From Azolla caroliniana (lineage: Eukaryota; Plantae; Polypodiophyta), in contig JBHGNT010000006.1 in the NCBI GenBank assembly GCA_043228905.1, forward strand, positions 16,740,001-16,804,000: a DNA stretch of 64,000 nucleotides, given 5' to 3'. The translations under genes were made by a program, and so were the position numbers. Within the stretch, counting starts at the first letter, position 1, and the number at the start of each line of letters is the position of its first letter. Of this stretch, positions 49,806 to 63,200 are shown in pieces. A model generated the notes under the pieces. It was not told the origin of the DNA. It was given only the letters and a program-made list of their open reading frames with translations, and searched no databases.

Positions 49806-50939
49806 TGTCGCGTTACTACGCGCGTGCGTGGAGAAACGAGGCGGGACCACCGGGGTCTTGAACCGAAGAGCAGGTGATAGAAGGGGAAAGAGAAAGAGAG
49901 AGACGCCCGGTTACGTATGAGCAAAGAAACACAGGGGCACGGCCCGTCAACGCAGAAGACGCGAATGGACACAGAGACAGAGAGACACAAATGTTTGTAT
50001 ATTAACGAATGACAAATGAACAGCAGAGCACGCGAGCGGTTACAACCGAACAGGCCGGCGAACAGATGCCGATGCCTGTTCGTCTGCGCACGAAAGGGGG
50101 TAGGATGGAGGTGCTGCCGGAAGCACACGGGCGTTCCTCGAAGCAGCGCGAGCCTCCCGAAAACCTGGAGAGAAAAGCGATGGAGAACGAACAGAGGAGA
50201 AGCGTTCGGTTATGGTCCGACAGCACTTCGTCCTCCTCAATGCGCGATCCCCCTCCCCGCGTCTCGCTCTTTTTTTTATATCTTCAAGAAGGGAGCCGTC
50301 TCCCTCATTTACTTCCTACCTACCGAATCTAACTACTCACGATGTACCTATGTACCTAATTCCCTATTATATACATTAAAGGGCGCGCACGCGTGAAGAG
50401 CCGGTTCACATGCGCTATACACCGATTGCGCCAAGGGACGGTTTTCTTCACGACATCCGCCCCCACCTAATCTCGCATCCATCGGTATGCGCCAAAATTG
50501 CGCTCTGGTTGGAGAAAACCGGTCCGAGTTCCGGTCCTTCGTCCATCGGTTTGTCCTCCGTTTCGGACTGTTCGTCGTCGTTGTCCATGTTGGGAGACAG
50601 GTCCCTCCGGATGGGAAACAGTATGAGGAGTACCCGGCTACGGAGAGCCGGATGATACAGGCCCGGTGTGAACCGGATGAGGAGTACCCGGCTACGGAGA
50701 GCCGGATGGTGCAGGCCCGGTGTGAATCGGATGAGGAGTACCCGGCTACGGAGAGCCGGATGGTGCAGAACCGGTGAGAACCGGAGGAAGAGACATATTC
50801 GTAAATATGTTTTTGAGAGCCCATCGAGGCTATATTTGTAAATAGCCGAAAAGTCATATTAGTATAAATATGACTTAGGGCAAACTTTTAGGATGTTGTT
50901 GTCAATTTCTGTCTTGCACGAAATCAGATTGTGTAACTG

Positions 50940-50985
<46 letters not shown>

Positions 50986-53411
50986 GGTCGTTGCCTCTGT
51001 TGTAACCGCCGCTTGTGGCGAAGATCATGAGCACGAGGTCGTTGCCTCCGTGGACTCACTGTTTTGTACATTATTACATAGTGACAGTTTGCAGCCTGTG
51101 GACTGCCGTGGTTTTTCCCCTAGTTTGGGGTTTTCCATGTAAACCTCCTGTGTAGTGTGTGTATATCTTCCTCTCCTTTGTGTCGTGTTTTACTTCCCGT
51201 TTTCTGTGTATCATTCTACGCTCGGTTGTGGCCGAGCGTCGTGCATAAGGAACGTTGGGTTCCCGTCAGTCCAGGCCTCTTAGATCCGGGTTCGCCGTCG
51301 TGGCGCTTCTTGAACGCCTTGATCCGCTTCCCTGCTACCGGTATCGCCATCCTCGTACCGTCGAGTTCCGCCAGGTGATACGTCCCGTTGTCGTTGGCGC
51401 TTGTTACCACGTAAGGCCCGAACCACCGCTTTGCAAACTTCCGTGTTGCCCGGTGCTGGTTGTCGAGGCTGCTATCGTAGACTAGCACCCAGTCACCTTC
51501 CTCGATTTTCTTCGGTTGGAGCCGGTGCGTTCGGTCGAACTGGGCCTTGTTCCTCATCCTCGCCGTCCGAAGTCTCTCCTCCGCTCATTCCACGTCCTCT
51601 GGCCTCTACTCGAGCTGCCGTATACGCGCCGCTAGTAGTTCTTCCCAGTTCATCTCGTCTCTCCAGTCCACTGTCGCCCAAGAGGAGATCGTCCGTTCCA
51701 TCGGCATGATCGGCTTCTATCCGAACATGAGCTCTGACGGCATGAACCCGGTTACCGAACTGTGCGTTGTCCGGTCCGCCCACAAGGCATAAGGTAACAG
51801 TCGTGGCCAGTTCCCGACCTGGCCTCCGCATGCCCGGACTAACGCTTTGACGATCGGTCCGTGTCCGCGCTCCACCTTCCCGTTCGCCTCCGGATTGTAC
51901 GCTGTGGTGAGTGAGAGCTTGACCCCTAACCGGTCGAACAACTCCTCGGCCTCTTCGGCGTCCAACTCCCCGCGGTCAGCCACGATCTTCCCGACGCACC
52001 CGTACCGGCATATCACGTCCTCGATCAGGAACCGACACACGGCCGCGGTCGTTTTGTTCCGTAGGGCTCGGCCTTCCACCTGGTTCGTTAGGTCCTCCCG
52101 GGCCAACACCAGATATCGCATCTGCCCTACGCCCATCGGCATCGTCACCAAATCTACCATCCATTTGAAATGGATGGGCGGAGGGTATGTAGGGTGAAGC
52201 TCGTCCTGATGTCGGACTATGGAGTGTACCTGACAGTTCTCACAAGTTGTCACGAACCGATGCACGTCCCGTTACAGTCCCGGCCACCAGTACTTCCCCT
52301 TTAGTTTCTCGAACGTGGCCCACGTCCCACGGTGTCCACCCAGGGGCTGTCATGGTAGGCCTTCAACAACTCCTCATGTTCCTCCTTCATCGCCACTACT
52401 CGGAGCGGGATGCCGTTTCTCTTCTTCGGGTGCTTCCACAAGTATCCGTCCCGGAGAAAGAATCGGTACGCTTTCTTCCGGATCCAGTTGACCTCGTCCT
52501 TTGTCCATGACGCGTCCGGCGTCATCGTCCTTAAGAATCTGCAGCCACTCTCCGTCGTACTTGCACTCGTTGAAATCGTTAAGCGCTGGAGTGCTTCCCC
52601 CCTCGATTGTTACGTAAGCCGACTCGAAGAAGTCCACGCCGACTTCCTCGTCCTCTGAAACCATGCCGCCCTCGTCGTCGAATCGCGCCCTCGAAAGCAT
52701 GTCGGCCATGGCATTGTCTTTCCCGGAAATGTGTCGTATTTCCGGATCCAGGGACTTGATGTAAGCTATCCACCTGAGCATTGCCAGGTCCGGGATAGTG
52801 CATCCGGAAACCATGCCGAGAATCGGCAGGCAGTTCGTCTCGATAATCACCTCTGTCCCGATCAGATAGTCTTTATCGGCCTTCACCGCCGAAACGATAC
52901 CCGAGAGTTCGCGTTTAACCTGGGCGTATCCTCGTTGTCGCTTGCTGAGGACCTTCGCGCCGTACCGGATTGGGAACCGAATGTCGTCCTCATCTTCTTG
53001 GTTGACGACCCATCCGATCCCGGTCGGACTTGTATCTACCGTTATGTAGATGGGAGTGCCTTTCTCGTAGACAACCTTCCGGAGTGCCGGAGCTGCAGCA
53101 AGAGCCTCCTTCATCTTCCAGACCGACTCCGTATGCTCGTCTTGCCACTCGAATTTTCGTCCCTTTTTTAGCAACCCGTATAGCGGCTCGGCAACGTGGG
53201 CGATCCCCCTCCCCGCGTCTCCCTCTTTTTTTTATATCTTCAAGAAGGGAGCCGTCTCCCTCATTTACTTCCTACCTACCGAATCTAACTACTCACGATG
53301 TATCTATGTACCTAATTCCCTATTATATACATTAAAGGGGGCGCACCCGTGAAGAGCCGGTTCACGCGCGCTATACACCGATTGCGCCAAGGGATGGTTT
53401 TCTTCATGACA
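49806..53411 (-). mobile_element. Gypsy element E, internally deleted (3' LTR 49806-50455, PPT, INT, RH, partial 5' LTR 53200-53411)
   Basis: TGTCG...CGACA; PPT AGGTGGGGGCGGA; 4-bp TSD GCGT/GCGC; RH VDTSPTGIGW; INT AREDLTNQVEGRAL and YNPEANGKVERGH. Confidence 0.87.
50588..51268 (+). mobile_element. Solo LTR of the Copia C/D family
   Basis: TG...CA; TSD GTCCA on both sides; homologous to 18717-19463. Confidence 0.93.
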
Positions 53412-53958
53412 GCGCTGCCGATCGCAATGTCCAACACATCCATGAACACCTAGACCGGCCGCGTTGAATCTAGTGGTTGTAGGACCGGTGCCTGTGTTAG
53501 CTTGATCTTTAAGGCCATATAAGCTTTGTGTTCCGTTTTGGTCCATCGGAATGGTGTTCGATGCATTGCCGCATGCAGAGGTGTCGCAAAGTCTGCTAGG
53601 TAGCGCATCATTCGACTATGCTAGTGGATTTGTCCCAAGACGCGACTTAGGGCCTTTGTGTTCTTTGGGGTCGGTGCCTCAATGATGGCCTTGATTTTCC
53701 CTGGATCCCCCGCAATGCCGTCACGGCTTACTACGTGTCCGAGGAGGGCACCACTTGTCAGGGCGAACACACATTTTGCTGGATTCAAGCTGAGCCGTGC
53801 TGAGCAGCATCGCTCCAAGAAAAACCATAGGTGCCGCAAATGCTTGTCATGCACGCCGTACACCATGAAATCATCGAGGAAAAACTGCATAAATGCATGT
53901 ATTTTCTTTCCCTTGTGGTTGCTCCCCCTGCATCTGACCAGTCTCCACTTTTCAAATC

Positions 53959-56900
53959 TGACAGGAACTACACGCTCCCGATGAACAACGTTCGGCCACA
54001 ACCGAGTCTAACATCAAACACAAAAAACGGATAATGAACGCACGACACAAAAGAGAGAAAAGTACACAGGATGTTTAACGTGGAAACCCTGAGAGGGAAA
54101 AACCACGGGAGTCGACAAACTCCAAACTATCACTATATCACAATGATTACAAGAATGAGCTCATAGAGGTACCGACCTCGTCCTCACGATCTTCGCCACA
54201 GGCGGCAGTTACAACAGAGGCAACGACCTCTTCCTCTCTCTCTCTCTCTCTGTACACTGTTACGCGCTCTCTAGTCTTGCGCCAACAAGAATGACAACAA
54301 CAACATTAAGTTTGCCCTAAGTCATATTTATACTAATATGACTTTTCGGCTATTTACAAATATAGCCCTGATGGACTCTCAGAAACATATTTACGAATAT
54401 TTCCCTTCATCCGGTGAGCACTCCTCACCGGGCCTGCATCATCCGGCTCTTGCCGGGTACTCGTCATCCGGTTCTCACCAGGTCTTCCGTTGCTGGGTAC
54501 TCGCCATCTGGTTCTCACCGGGTCTTCTGTTGCTGGGTACTCCTCATTCGGTTCTCATTGGGTCTTCACCATCCGGCTCTTGTCGGGTACTCCTCATCCG
54601 GTTCTCACCGGGTCTTCCATTGCCGGGTACTCCTCATCCGGTTCTCTTCACTTCCCATCTGGAGGGACCTGTTTCCTAACAAACTCCCCCTTCACTCCGA
54701 CATGGGATGTCTTACTAGTCTGATCCGCTTCCGACATGCATCCAACTTATCAGGTATTAGTACTTTGGTCAGCTCAGCATATCTAACCCGTTATCGGCCG
54801 TGTGGATCTTCATCAGCGCGAACTCTCGGTCTTCTACTCGCTCTCGGATCCAGTGATACCTACGCTGGATGTGCTTCGTCCTGGACTGGTACGCTGCGTT
54901 CTTAGCAAGGTGGATGGCACTTTGATTGTCGCAATAGAGCCGGTATTTATCTTGTCGGATACCGAGCTCTCCGATAAAGTCCTTCATCCATAATATTTCC
55001 TTGCTGGCTTCCACAGCCGCCATGTACTCCGCCTCCGTGGTTGACAACGCAACCATCTTCTGCAGCCTCGACTGCCACGAAACAGCTCCCCCTGCATATG
55101 TCATTACATACCCAGATGTAGACCGGCTGGTATCCACATCACCCGACATGTCCGAATCGGTAAAATTGTCTAGTTGAGGTTTTCCGGAGCCGAATCGGAG
55201 ACACATATTTGAAGTGCCCTTCAAGTACCAGAGTATCCATTTGACCGCGTTCCAGTGCTCCTTGTTGGGATTGCTCATAAACCGGCTCCCCACTCCGATT
55301 GCATATCCTACATCCGGTCGGGTACACACCATTGCATACATCAAGCTCCCGACGGCAGAGGCATATGGAACCTTCATCATATCAGCCTTCTCTGCTTTCG
55401 TCTTCGGGCTTTGCTTACCGGATAATCTGCAGTTTTCTGGGAGTGTCGATCCGACCGATTTCGCTTCTAACATGTTGAACCGCTGAAGCACCTTTGTCAC
55501 ATATTTCTCCTGTGACAGCCACAGTTGCTTCGTTGGCCGGTTCCGGATGATATGCATCCCCAGCATCTGTTTTGCTGAACCCAAGTCTTTCATCGCGAAA
55601 GTTCAGTTGAGAGCCTTCTTCAGCATCTGTATTCTAGCTTGGTTCCGTCCGACGATCAACATGTCGTCCACGTACAGAAGGAGTATCAGGAAGTCTCCTC
55701 CTTCGAACTTCTTCACAAACACATAGTGATCTGCCTGCGTCTTGTGGTACCCTTGATCGGTCATGAAGGAGTCGAACTTCCGCTACCATTGTCGAGGAGC
55801 CTGCTTTAGTCTGTACAGGCTCTTCTTCAACCGGCAAACCAGGTGCTCCTTCCCTTTCTCCACGAATCCTTCCGGTTGCTGCATGTAGATCTCCTCTTCG
55901 AGGTCACCATGAAGGAATGACGTCTTCACGTCTAGCTGCACCGTCCGGATGGAGGTCATCTTTACTACCGGGGCAAATATCTCGTCGAAGTCCATGCCCT
56001 TCTTCTGCTGGAACCCCTTGACCACGATCCTGGCTTTGTATCTCGGGGGGTTGCCGGCATCTCCCGGTTTCAACTTGTACACCCACTTGTTTCGGAGTGC
56101 CCTCTTTCCTTTCGGCAACTCCACCAATTCATACGTATGGTTCTCATGCAGGGAATCCATCTCATCCTGCATGGCACTTAACCATTTGCGGCTATGGGCG
56201 TCACTTTTAGCTTCCTCGAAGCTTTCTGGCTCCCCCTCATCGATCAACAGCACATGCTCTGCATCCGGAAATCTCCGGGGGGGCCTTCTCTCTCTGAGAG
56301 GATATCTCCATCTTTGGGCTTCGGTAACCGGCTCGTCCATTTGCTCTTCATTCGAATCCGATTCGGGGTCTTGGCCGGTTCCAGTTTCAGCTTCCTTTAC
56401 TTCTTCTTCTGCCGGTTCGGTATCCTCACCGTAAACAGCTGGTTCCTCGAGTGCTAACCGGTCTCTTGCCAGTTGGGTCTGCTCATCGTAGAATCGATCC
56501 TTACCGGTCGACTCAGAGTTCATTATCTTCTTCACTGACTCCCAGTCGGTGAGCGTCTTGTCCTCCATGAAGATAATATCTCGACTCCGGAATACCTTCT
56601 TGTCGACCAGGTCCCACACTCGGTAGCCGAACTCATCGTCGTCGTAACCGAGGAATATGCATGGCCGGGTCTTTGGATCTAACTTTCCTCTCCGGTCCTT
56701 AGCTACATGCACGTACGCGAGACACCTGAACACCTTCAGATGCCGATAGGACACTTCCTTACTGGTCCACACTCTCTGCGGCGTGTCTCCGTCCAAGGGT
56801 ACTGAGGGTGATCTGTTTATCACATATGTCATCGTCGACAGTGCCTTAGCCCAAAACTTCTTGGGTAGTTTTGCATGCGCCACCATACTCCGGACCCTCT

Positions 56901-59397
56901 CCATTATGCTCTGGTTCATCCTCTCGGCCAGCCCGTTTAGTTCCGGTGTCTTCGGCATGGTAATTTCGAGCCAGATTCCCTTCAAGCGACAGTACTCCTC
57001 GAACTGCCCCCGGTATTCACCTCCGTTATCTGCTCAAACCGCCTTCAGCTTCCGGCCGGTTTCTCTTTCTACTCTCGCGTGGAGCTCTTTGAAGAAGGAT
57101 AGCACCTGATCCTTCGTCTTCAATGGTGTGGCCCACAACTTCCGGTTGTGTTCATCTATGAATGTCACAAAGTACTGCGATCCTGCATGTGACTTCGTGT
57201 CCACATGACACACATCAGTATGCACCAACTCCAGTGGTGCATTACGTCTCATCGGTGGCCTTGGTCGGAATGAGGTCCGGTTTTGCTTACCGGCCAGACA
57301 ATCAGTGCACTTCTCCAAGTGCACGTTCTTCACTGGAATGAGGTTGTCGTCTGCAAGCCTCTTCATCCCCTTCTCGCTCATGTGACACAACCTTTTGTAC
57401 CACAGCTCACCAGCAGTGTCAGATGCCACGTTCACTTCCTCCGGATAGAACCGGGCATTCATCAGGTACAGTGTGTTTACCTTCCGGGACCGAGCCACAA
57501 TCAGGGTCCCTTTGCTGAACTTCATAACACCGTTCCGGATGCTACCCGAGTAGCCTTCATCATCTAGCCGACCGGCTGATATCAGGTTCAGACGAACGTC
57601 CGGAACGTGTTGGACATCCTTCAGCAGTAGCTTGTGTCCGGTTGGTGTTATCAGCCACACGTCTCCTATGTCGACAATTCAGCATGTACCTTCATTCCCC
57701 ATCCGAACACAGCCGTGATCACCGGCTAAGTAGGATGAGAAGCATTTCTGGTCCGGGGTAAGGTGGAACGACGCTCCGGACTCGACCACCCAGGTCATCT
57801 CGTCGCCGGCAAGATTTATCTCACTTTCCTCGATGATGAGCATCAACTCTTCTTCACTTGCCGCGATTGCCGTCGTTCCCTTCCGGTCCGTTCCCCTCCG
57901 GTCTTTACCGTTCCGGTCCGGTGTCCGCTTTGAATCGGTACCGTCGGTTTCCTTGTCTTTTCGGAAATGCTGACGGTTCTTCTGGAAGTGTCCCGGCTTG
58001 CCGCAATAGAAGCAAGTAGGCCTCCCCCTTGACTTTGACCGTGTCCCCGACTTTTCCCGGTTCTGGGGACTACGGTTCCTTTGTCTTCCGCGTTCTGATT
58101 CGGTAAGGAGCGCTTTGGAGTCGGAGCTCGTATCCTTATCTTTCCAACGCGCCTCCTCATCTAGCAAGCTCTACTTCACTCTTGCTAGGGATAACCGTTT
58201 CCCTTCCGGCCCGGCGTTGCAAAAGGTGACAACCAACGTCTCCCAGCTATCTGGGAGGGAACCGAGGAGGAGTAGTGCTAGTACCTCATCGGCAAGAGGT
58301 ACTTCCAATGATGTTGCCTGGTGGATCAGCCCCTGGAAGGCATTCATGTGCTCCGCCATGCTGGAGCCATCTTGGTACCGGAATCTTACTAGCTTCCAAA
58401 ATACCGAAACCTGATCGACAACATTTTTGTTCTGAAACATAATGCCAATCTTCTCCCAGAGCTCATGAGCCTTGCTCTCTTCATTGAAGTTGTTGTATAG
58501 ACTCATGTCGATGAAGCACTGTATGTAAGCCGTTATCTTCATGTGCATCACCTCCCATATCGCGGCGTCGATTTTGTCCGGTCTCTTGTCCCCGAACTGA
58601 ACTGGCAACCAAAGGTCTTTAACCACGAGCATGTCCCTCATCTTCGACTTCCACACCGAATAGTTGGAGCCAGTGAGCTTGAACATGCCTCCCAACAAAT
58701 CGTCCATTTTTCTGTGTAACCTCGCTCTGATACCACTTTGACAGGAACTACACGCTCCCGATGAACAACGCTCGGCCACAACCGAGTCTAAAATCAAACA
58801 CAGAAAACGGTTAATGAACGCATGACACAGAGGGGAGAAGAGTACACAAGATGTTTAACGTGGAAAACCCTGAGAGGGAAAAACCACGGGAGTCGACAGA
58901 CTCCAAACTATCACTATATCACAATGATTACAACAGTGAGCTCACGGAGGCAACGACCTCGTGCTCACGATCTTCGCCACAGGTGGCGGTTACAACAGAG
59001 GCAACGACCTCTTCCTCTCTCTCTCTCTCTCTGTACACTGTTACGCGCTCTCTAGTCTTGCACCAACAAGAATGACAACAACAACATTAAGTTTGCCCTA
59101 AGTCATATTTATACTAATATGACTTTTCGGTTATTTACAAATTTAGCCCCGATGGACTCGCAGAAACATATTTACGAATATGTCCCTTCATTCGGTGAGC
59201 ACTCCTCACCGGGCCTGCATCATCCGGCTCTTGCCGGGTACTCGTCATCCGGTTCTTACCGGGTCTTCCGTTGCCGGGTACTCCTCATCCGGTTCTCACC
59301 GGGTCTTCTGTTGCTGGGTACTCCTCATCTGGCTCTTGCCGGGTACTCCTTATCCGGTTCTCTTCACTTCCCATCCGGAGGGACCTGTTTCCTAACA
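53959..59397 (-). mobile_element. Full-length degenerate Ty1/Copia element D
   Basis: LTRs 53959-54681 and 58739-59397; TSD AAATC/AGATC; PBS TGGTATCAGAGC; PPT GAAGGGGGAG; gag-pol fragmented by stops. Confidence 0.93.
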
Positions 59398-60280
59398 AGA
59401 TCTTCCTGCACATGTCCATTCGTCCTCGGCTTCTTTAGCCGATCCGATCGTTCTGACTTCTTCAGTTGTGCCGAAATCGAATTCTTCATCCGATTCGGCT
59501 TTTTGGACTTTGTCTCTCTCTTTCTGGGCTTCACTCCTCCCCCTCATGTTCGGCATGTCGAGATGTTGTAAGACAAGCAAACTCGAAAAATGTCGCTACT
59601 TGTCCAGGCCAAGAGGTTTGATGAAAATATCGGGAGCTTGCCGATCAATCGGAAGATACACAAGTTCGCCTTGACAAGAGAGGACTCTGTCGCGGATGAA
59701 ATGATAGTGCACCTCTATGTGCTTAGTCCGGGCGTGGAAGACATGGTTCTTCGTGAGTTGGATGCTGCTGAGGTTGTCACAGTATATCATTGTCGGCTTG
59801 AACACCTTTACATGCAGATCCTTCAACAACCTTTTGAGCCAAATGGCTTCGCACGTAGTGATAGCCGCCCCTTGATACTCGGCCTCAGTGCTTGACACTG
59901 CCATTGTCGGCTGCTTTTTACTTCTCTAGGCGATCACGACGCTTCCCAACAGAAACGTGAATCCAAACGTTGACTTGTGATCGCCAACATTTCCGATCGA
60001 ATCAGCAGTCAGCTACATTGACTACTCCTGCCCGATACGCCAACACCATGTCCTTAGTGTCGTTGACATACCTCAATATCCATTATGCGCACTAAAGGTT
60101 TCGGTTCTTGGTTGCGACATGAATTAATTGATCAAGCTGACCGGGTAATTGAGGTTCGGCCGAGTGATTTTCATATAAATGAGGCTTTCGACAATTTGTC
60201 GGAACCATGTCGGGTCACAGGCCATTCCTGAATTTTAGCGAAGCTTCACGTTTCTGTCTAGAGGGGTTGAGACGGATTTA
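59398..60280 (-). mobile_element. Copia B-family fragment (RH and C-terminal tail)
   Basis: SSTEAEY...HARTKHIEVHYH; AESDEEFDFG tail as in B. Confidence 0.85.
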
Positions 60281-63200
60281 TATTGAGCGAGCAAGCTCAA
60301 CCGGATCTGGATCGGCTGAATAAGCCAGAGCCGGATTCAAGCGTGAACCGGAAGCCTAGTAGTGGCCTAGACTTCTAGACTACTAGGTAGTTATTGTCTC
60401 ATAATTAGTGTCAACCGCTCGTAGGAGCACTGAAGTACATTGTACTTTTGTCAGTCCTCTAAGGACTTGTATAAATAGTGTTGTGTAAGCACATTGCATG
60501 TACAAAGTATTAACAGATTTTTTGAATACAATTTACGTTCTGCTCTCTTTGTCTTTGTCTCTCCCGCGTGTATTCTTTGTGTTCATTAAACCTCTCTTCT
60601 CTATAGACTGATGCTATCTGGCATAGCGAGTTTGTCTTATAAGCTTCCGCAAGCGTATTCTTCTACATGGTATCAGAGCGCAAGGGTTGACACTCCTCTG
60701 TAGCCGACAGATGCATTCAAAGACAAACCCTAACACCCGGTTCTGAACAGAAAAGAACTAAAAGATGGACAGAGGAATGGCAAGTTCGCTTCCGACAGAA
60801 AAGCTCGACCGGAGCAACTATGCATCCTAGTCGTACAAAAGGCATTAGTACCTAATGGGGCATGGTTACTGGAGCTATGTGGGAGGAACTAATGAGGTAG
60901 TGCCGGAGCCAATACACAAGGACTTTCCGACATGGGAACAAGGAGCGAGTAGAGTGCTTTACTGCCTCTCATCCTGTGTGCACAATCAGATGCTCAACTA
61001 CATCAAAGATGCAAAAACGCCGAAGGAGGCTTGGGAAAATCTTTAGAAGATTTTCGCCGCTAGTACCATGGCACGGAAGTTACAACTCTAACAAGAGCTC
61101 AACAATATCCAACAGAGGGATATGTCCGTGACCGACTACACCACCAAGATAAAGGAGATTTGCGACACGCTCAGGTCCATCAATGTGACGGTGGACGAAG
61201 ACGAGATGGTTCAAATCTGCCTCGGTGGTCTAACACAACAGTACGGGCCAATCCGGACAACAATCTGCATGCGGCAGAATCCACTGTCCTTCTTTGACTT
61301 ATAATCCATGTTGATGGTCGAAGAAAACCACACGAGTGGGTCGAGGACCACTCAATTGGACAGCCGAATTTTGTATATGGAGGCGGGTCAACCCCATGGG
61401 CGTGGAGGATGAGGTGGGTCGGCATGCCATGGAGGCGGCCGGCAAGAGTAGAACCGAAGGCACAAAGACAGTGCCGACAGCAGTTCCGGAACCTCCACAA
61501 GCAGGGGTAGTCAAGTCGGAGCCGAAAACCGAAACGGAATGCTGGTATTGTGGCAAGAAAGGCCATAGAGAGAGCAAGTGCTAGAAGAAGCGTGACGATT
61601 TGGATAAATCCGGATCCGACAAGGCTAGACAAGGCTAGACAAGGCAACCAACAAAGTTCACACTACGCAGAAGGATCGGAAGGATCTGGAATCGGGAAGA
61701 CCGGTAAAGGGCCAACCTTCGTGATGAAGCACAAGGCTAACTTGATGAAGAAGACTACTTCCAAATCGGAGGAAGTATGGTACGTTGATTTCGGAGCGTC
61801 CAACCACATGACAAGCCATAAAGAGCGGTTCTCGTTTTTGGAGAAACCAGAACAACTGGGGATTGTCAAAACCGGAGACGATACCCCTCACCCAATTGTG
61901 CATGTCGGAGAAGTCCCTTTAAGCCATGTCGGACAAAAGGGGAAGCTAATGAATGTAGTACATGTTCCGACTATCACAAAGAACCTAGTATCAGTTGGAC
62001 AAATCGTCGACCAGGGGATGCAGGTGGGGTTTATGCACCTCGGGTGTTTCATCGAGGAAGAAGGTCGGATAATTGCACAAGGGTGCAGAGAAGGGAGGAT
62101 GTTCATCCTCAACACTAATGATGTCGGCACCGCCATGTTTGCCAAAGGACAGAAGATTGAATCGGATATTGATCTCTAGCATAAGCGAATCGGCCACGTC
62201 AACTACCGAAGGCTTCAAGATCTGCAATCGAAACAAGTTGTGTTCGGATTGACGAAGTTTAGTGGCTAGGAGGCCCAAATATGTGAAACTTGCCAACTTG
62301 GTAAGCAACACCGGCTTCAATTCCCCACTAAACGAAACCAGCGCCGTAACAAGCTTATTCTAATCCCTTCGGATTTATGGGCCCGACCAACACAGAATGT
62401 TAGTCTTGGTGGGAGTCGGTATTTCGTCTCCTTCATCGACGACTATAGCCGACACACTTGGATCTATCTCATCGAGTAGAAAAGAGAAGTCTTCGACTGT
62501 TTCCGAAACCTTCAAAGCTTAGTCAAAAGGGAAACAGAGAGGAAGATCAAGTGCCCGCTGTCATATGGCAGAAAATAATACTTTTCTGGCCAATTCAACA
62601 GTTATCTACAACAGAATGGAATTTGGAGAGAATTCAGCTATAGATACACACCAGAGCAAAATGGTGTGGCCGAAAGGAAGAACCGGTCGATTGTCGACGC
62701 AGCAAGGGCAATGCTGGAGGAGAAGAGCATGCCCTAATTCTACTGAGTTGAGGCAGTCCAGAAGACCTACTACATCTAAAACCAAATCAGAGACAAGGTG
62801 TCAGCACATGAGTTGTATTTCGGGCATAAGCCAAATTTGAAGCACCTTCGGATATTCGGTAGCATAGCATATGTGCATGTACCGGATGAGAAGCGGAAGA
62901 AGCTAGATCTGAAGTGCTATAACCCCCGGACTAAGCAGGTCTGAGTAAGCTGAGATGCCAAGTTTGATGAGACGGCATCATGCTACTCCCTACCGACTCC
63001 AACTCACGACGAAGACCTGATTCCGAAAGATGAGACTAGTGAGCCTGAGGAGGTCCAGGAAGAAGATGAAGACTCCGGCACTCTAGAAGAGAGTTCGATC
63101 TCATTCCGGCTAAGTGGGCCGAATGAGTGGCTGAGTTAGGATGACTAGCCGGATGAAGATCCGGCGAGTAGTGGAGACTCTATTGTGCTCACCCCGCGCA

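Larger units (their letters stand above)
48330..53905 (-). mobile_element. Gypsy G-family copy G6 (degraded RT-RH-INT), split by element E
   Basis: QFFLDDF (53621-54001); IAIGSA|LMELTKPNWYQPVYY reads across the E insertion; INT fragments 48556-49563. Confidence 0.87.
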
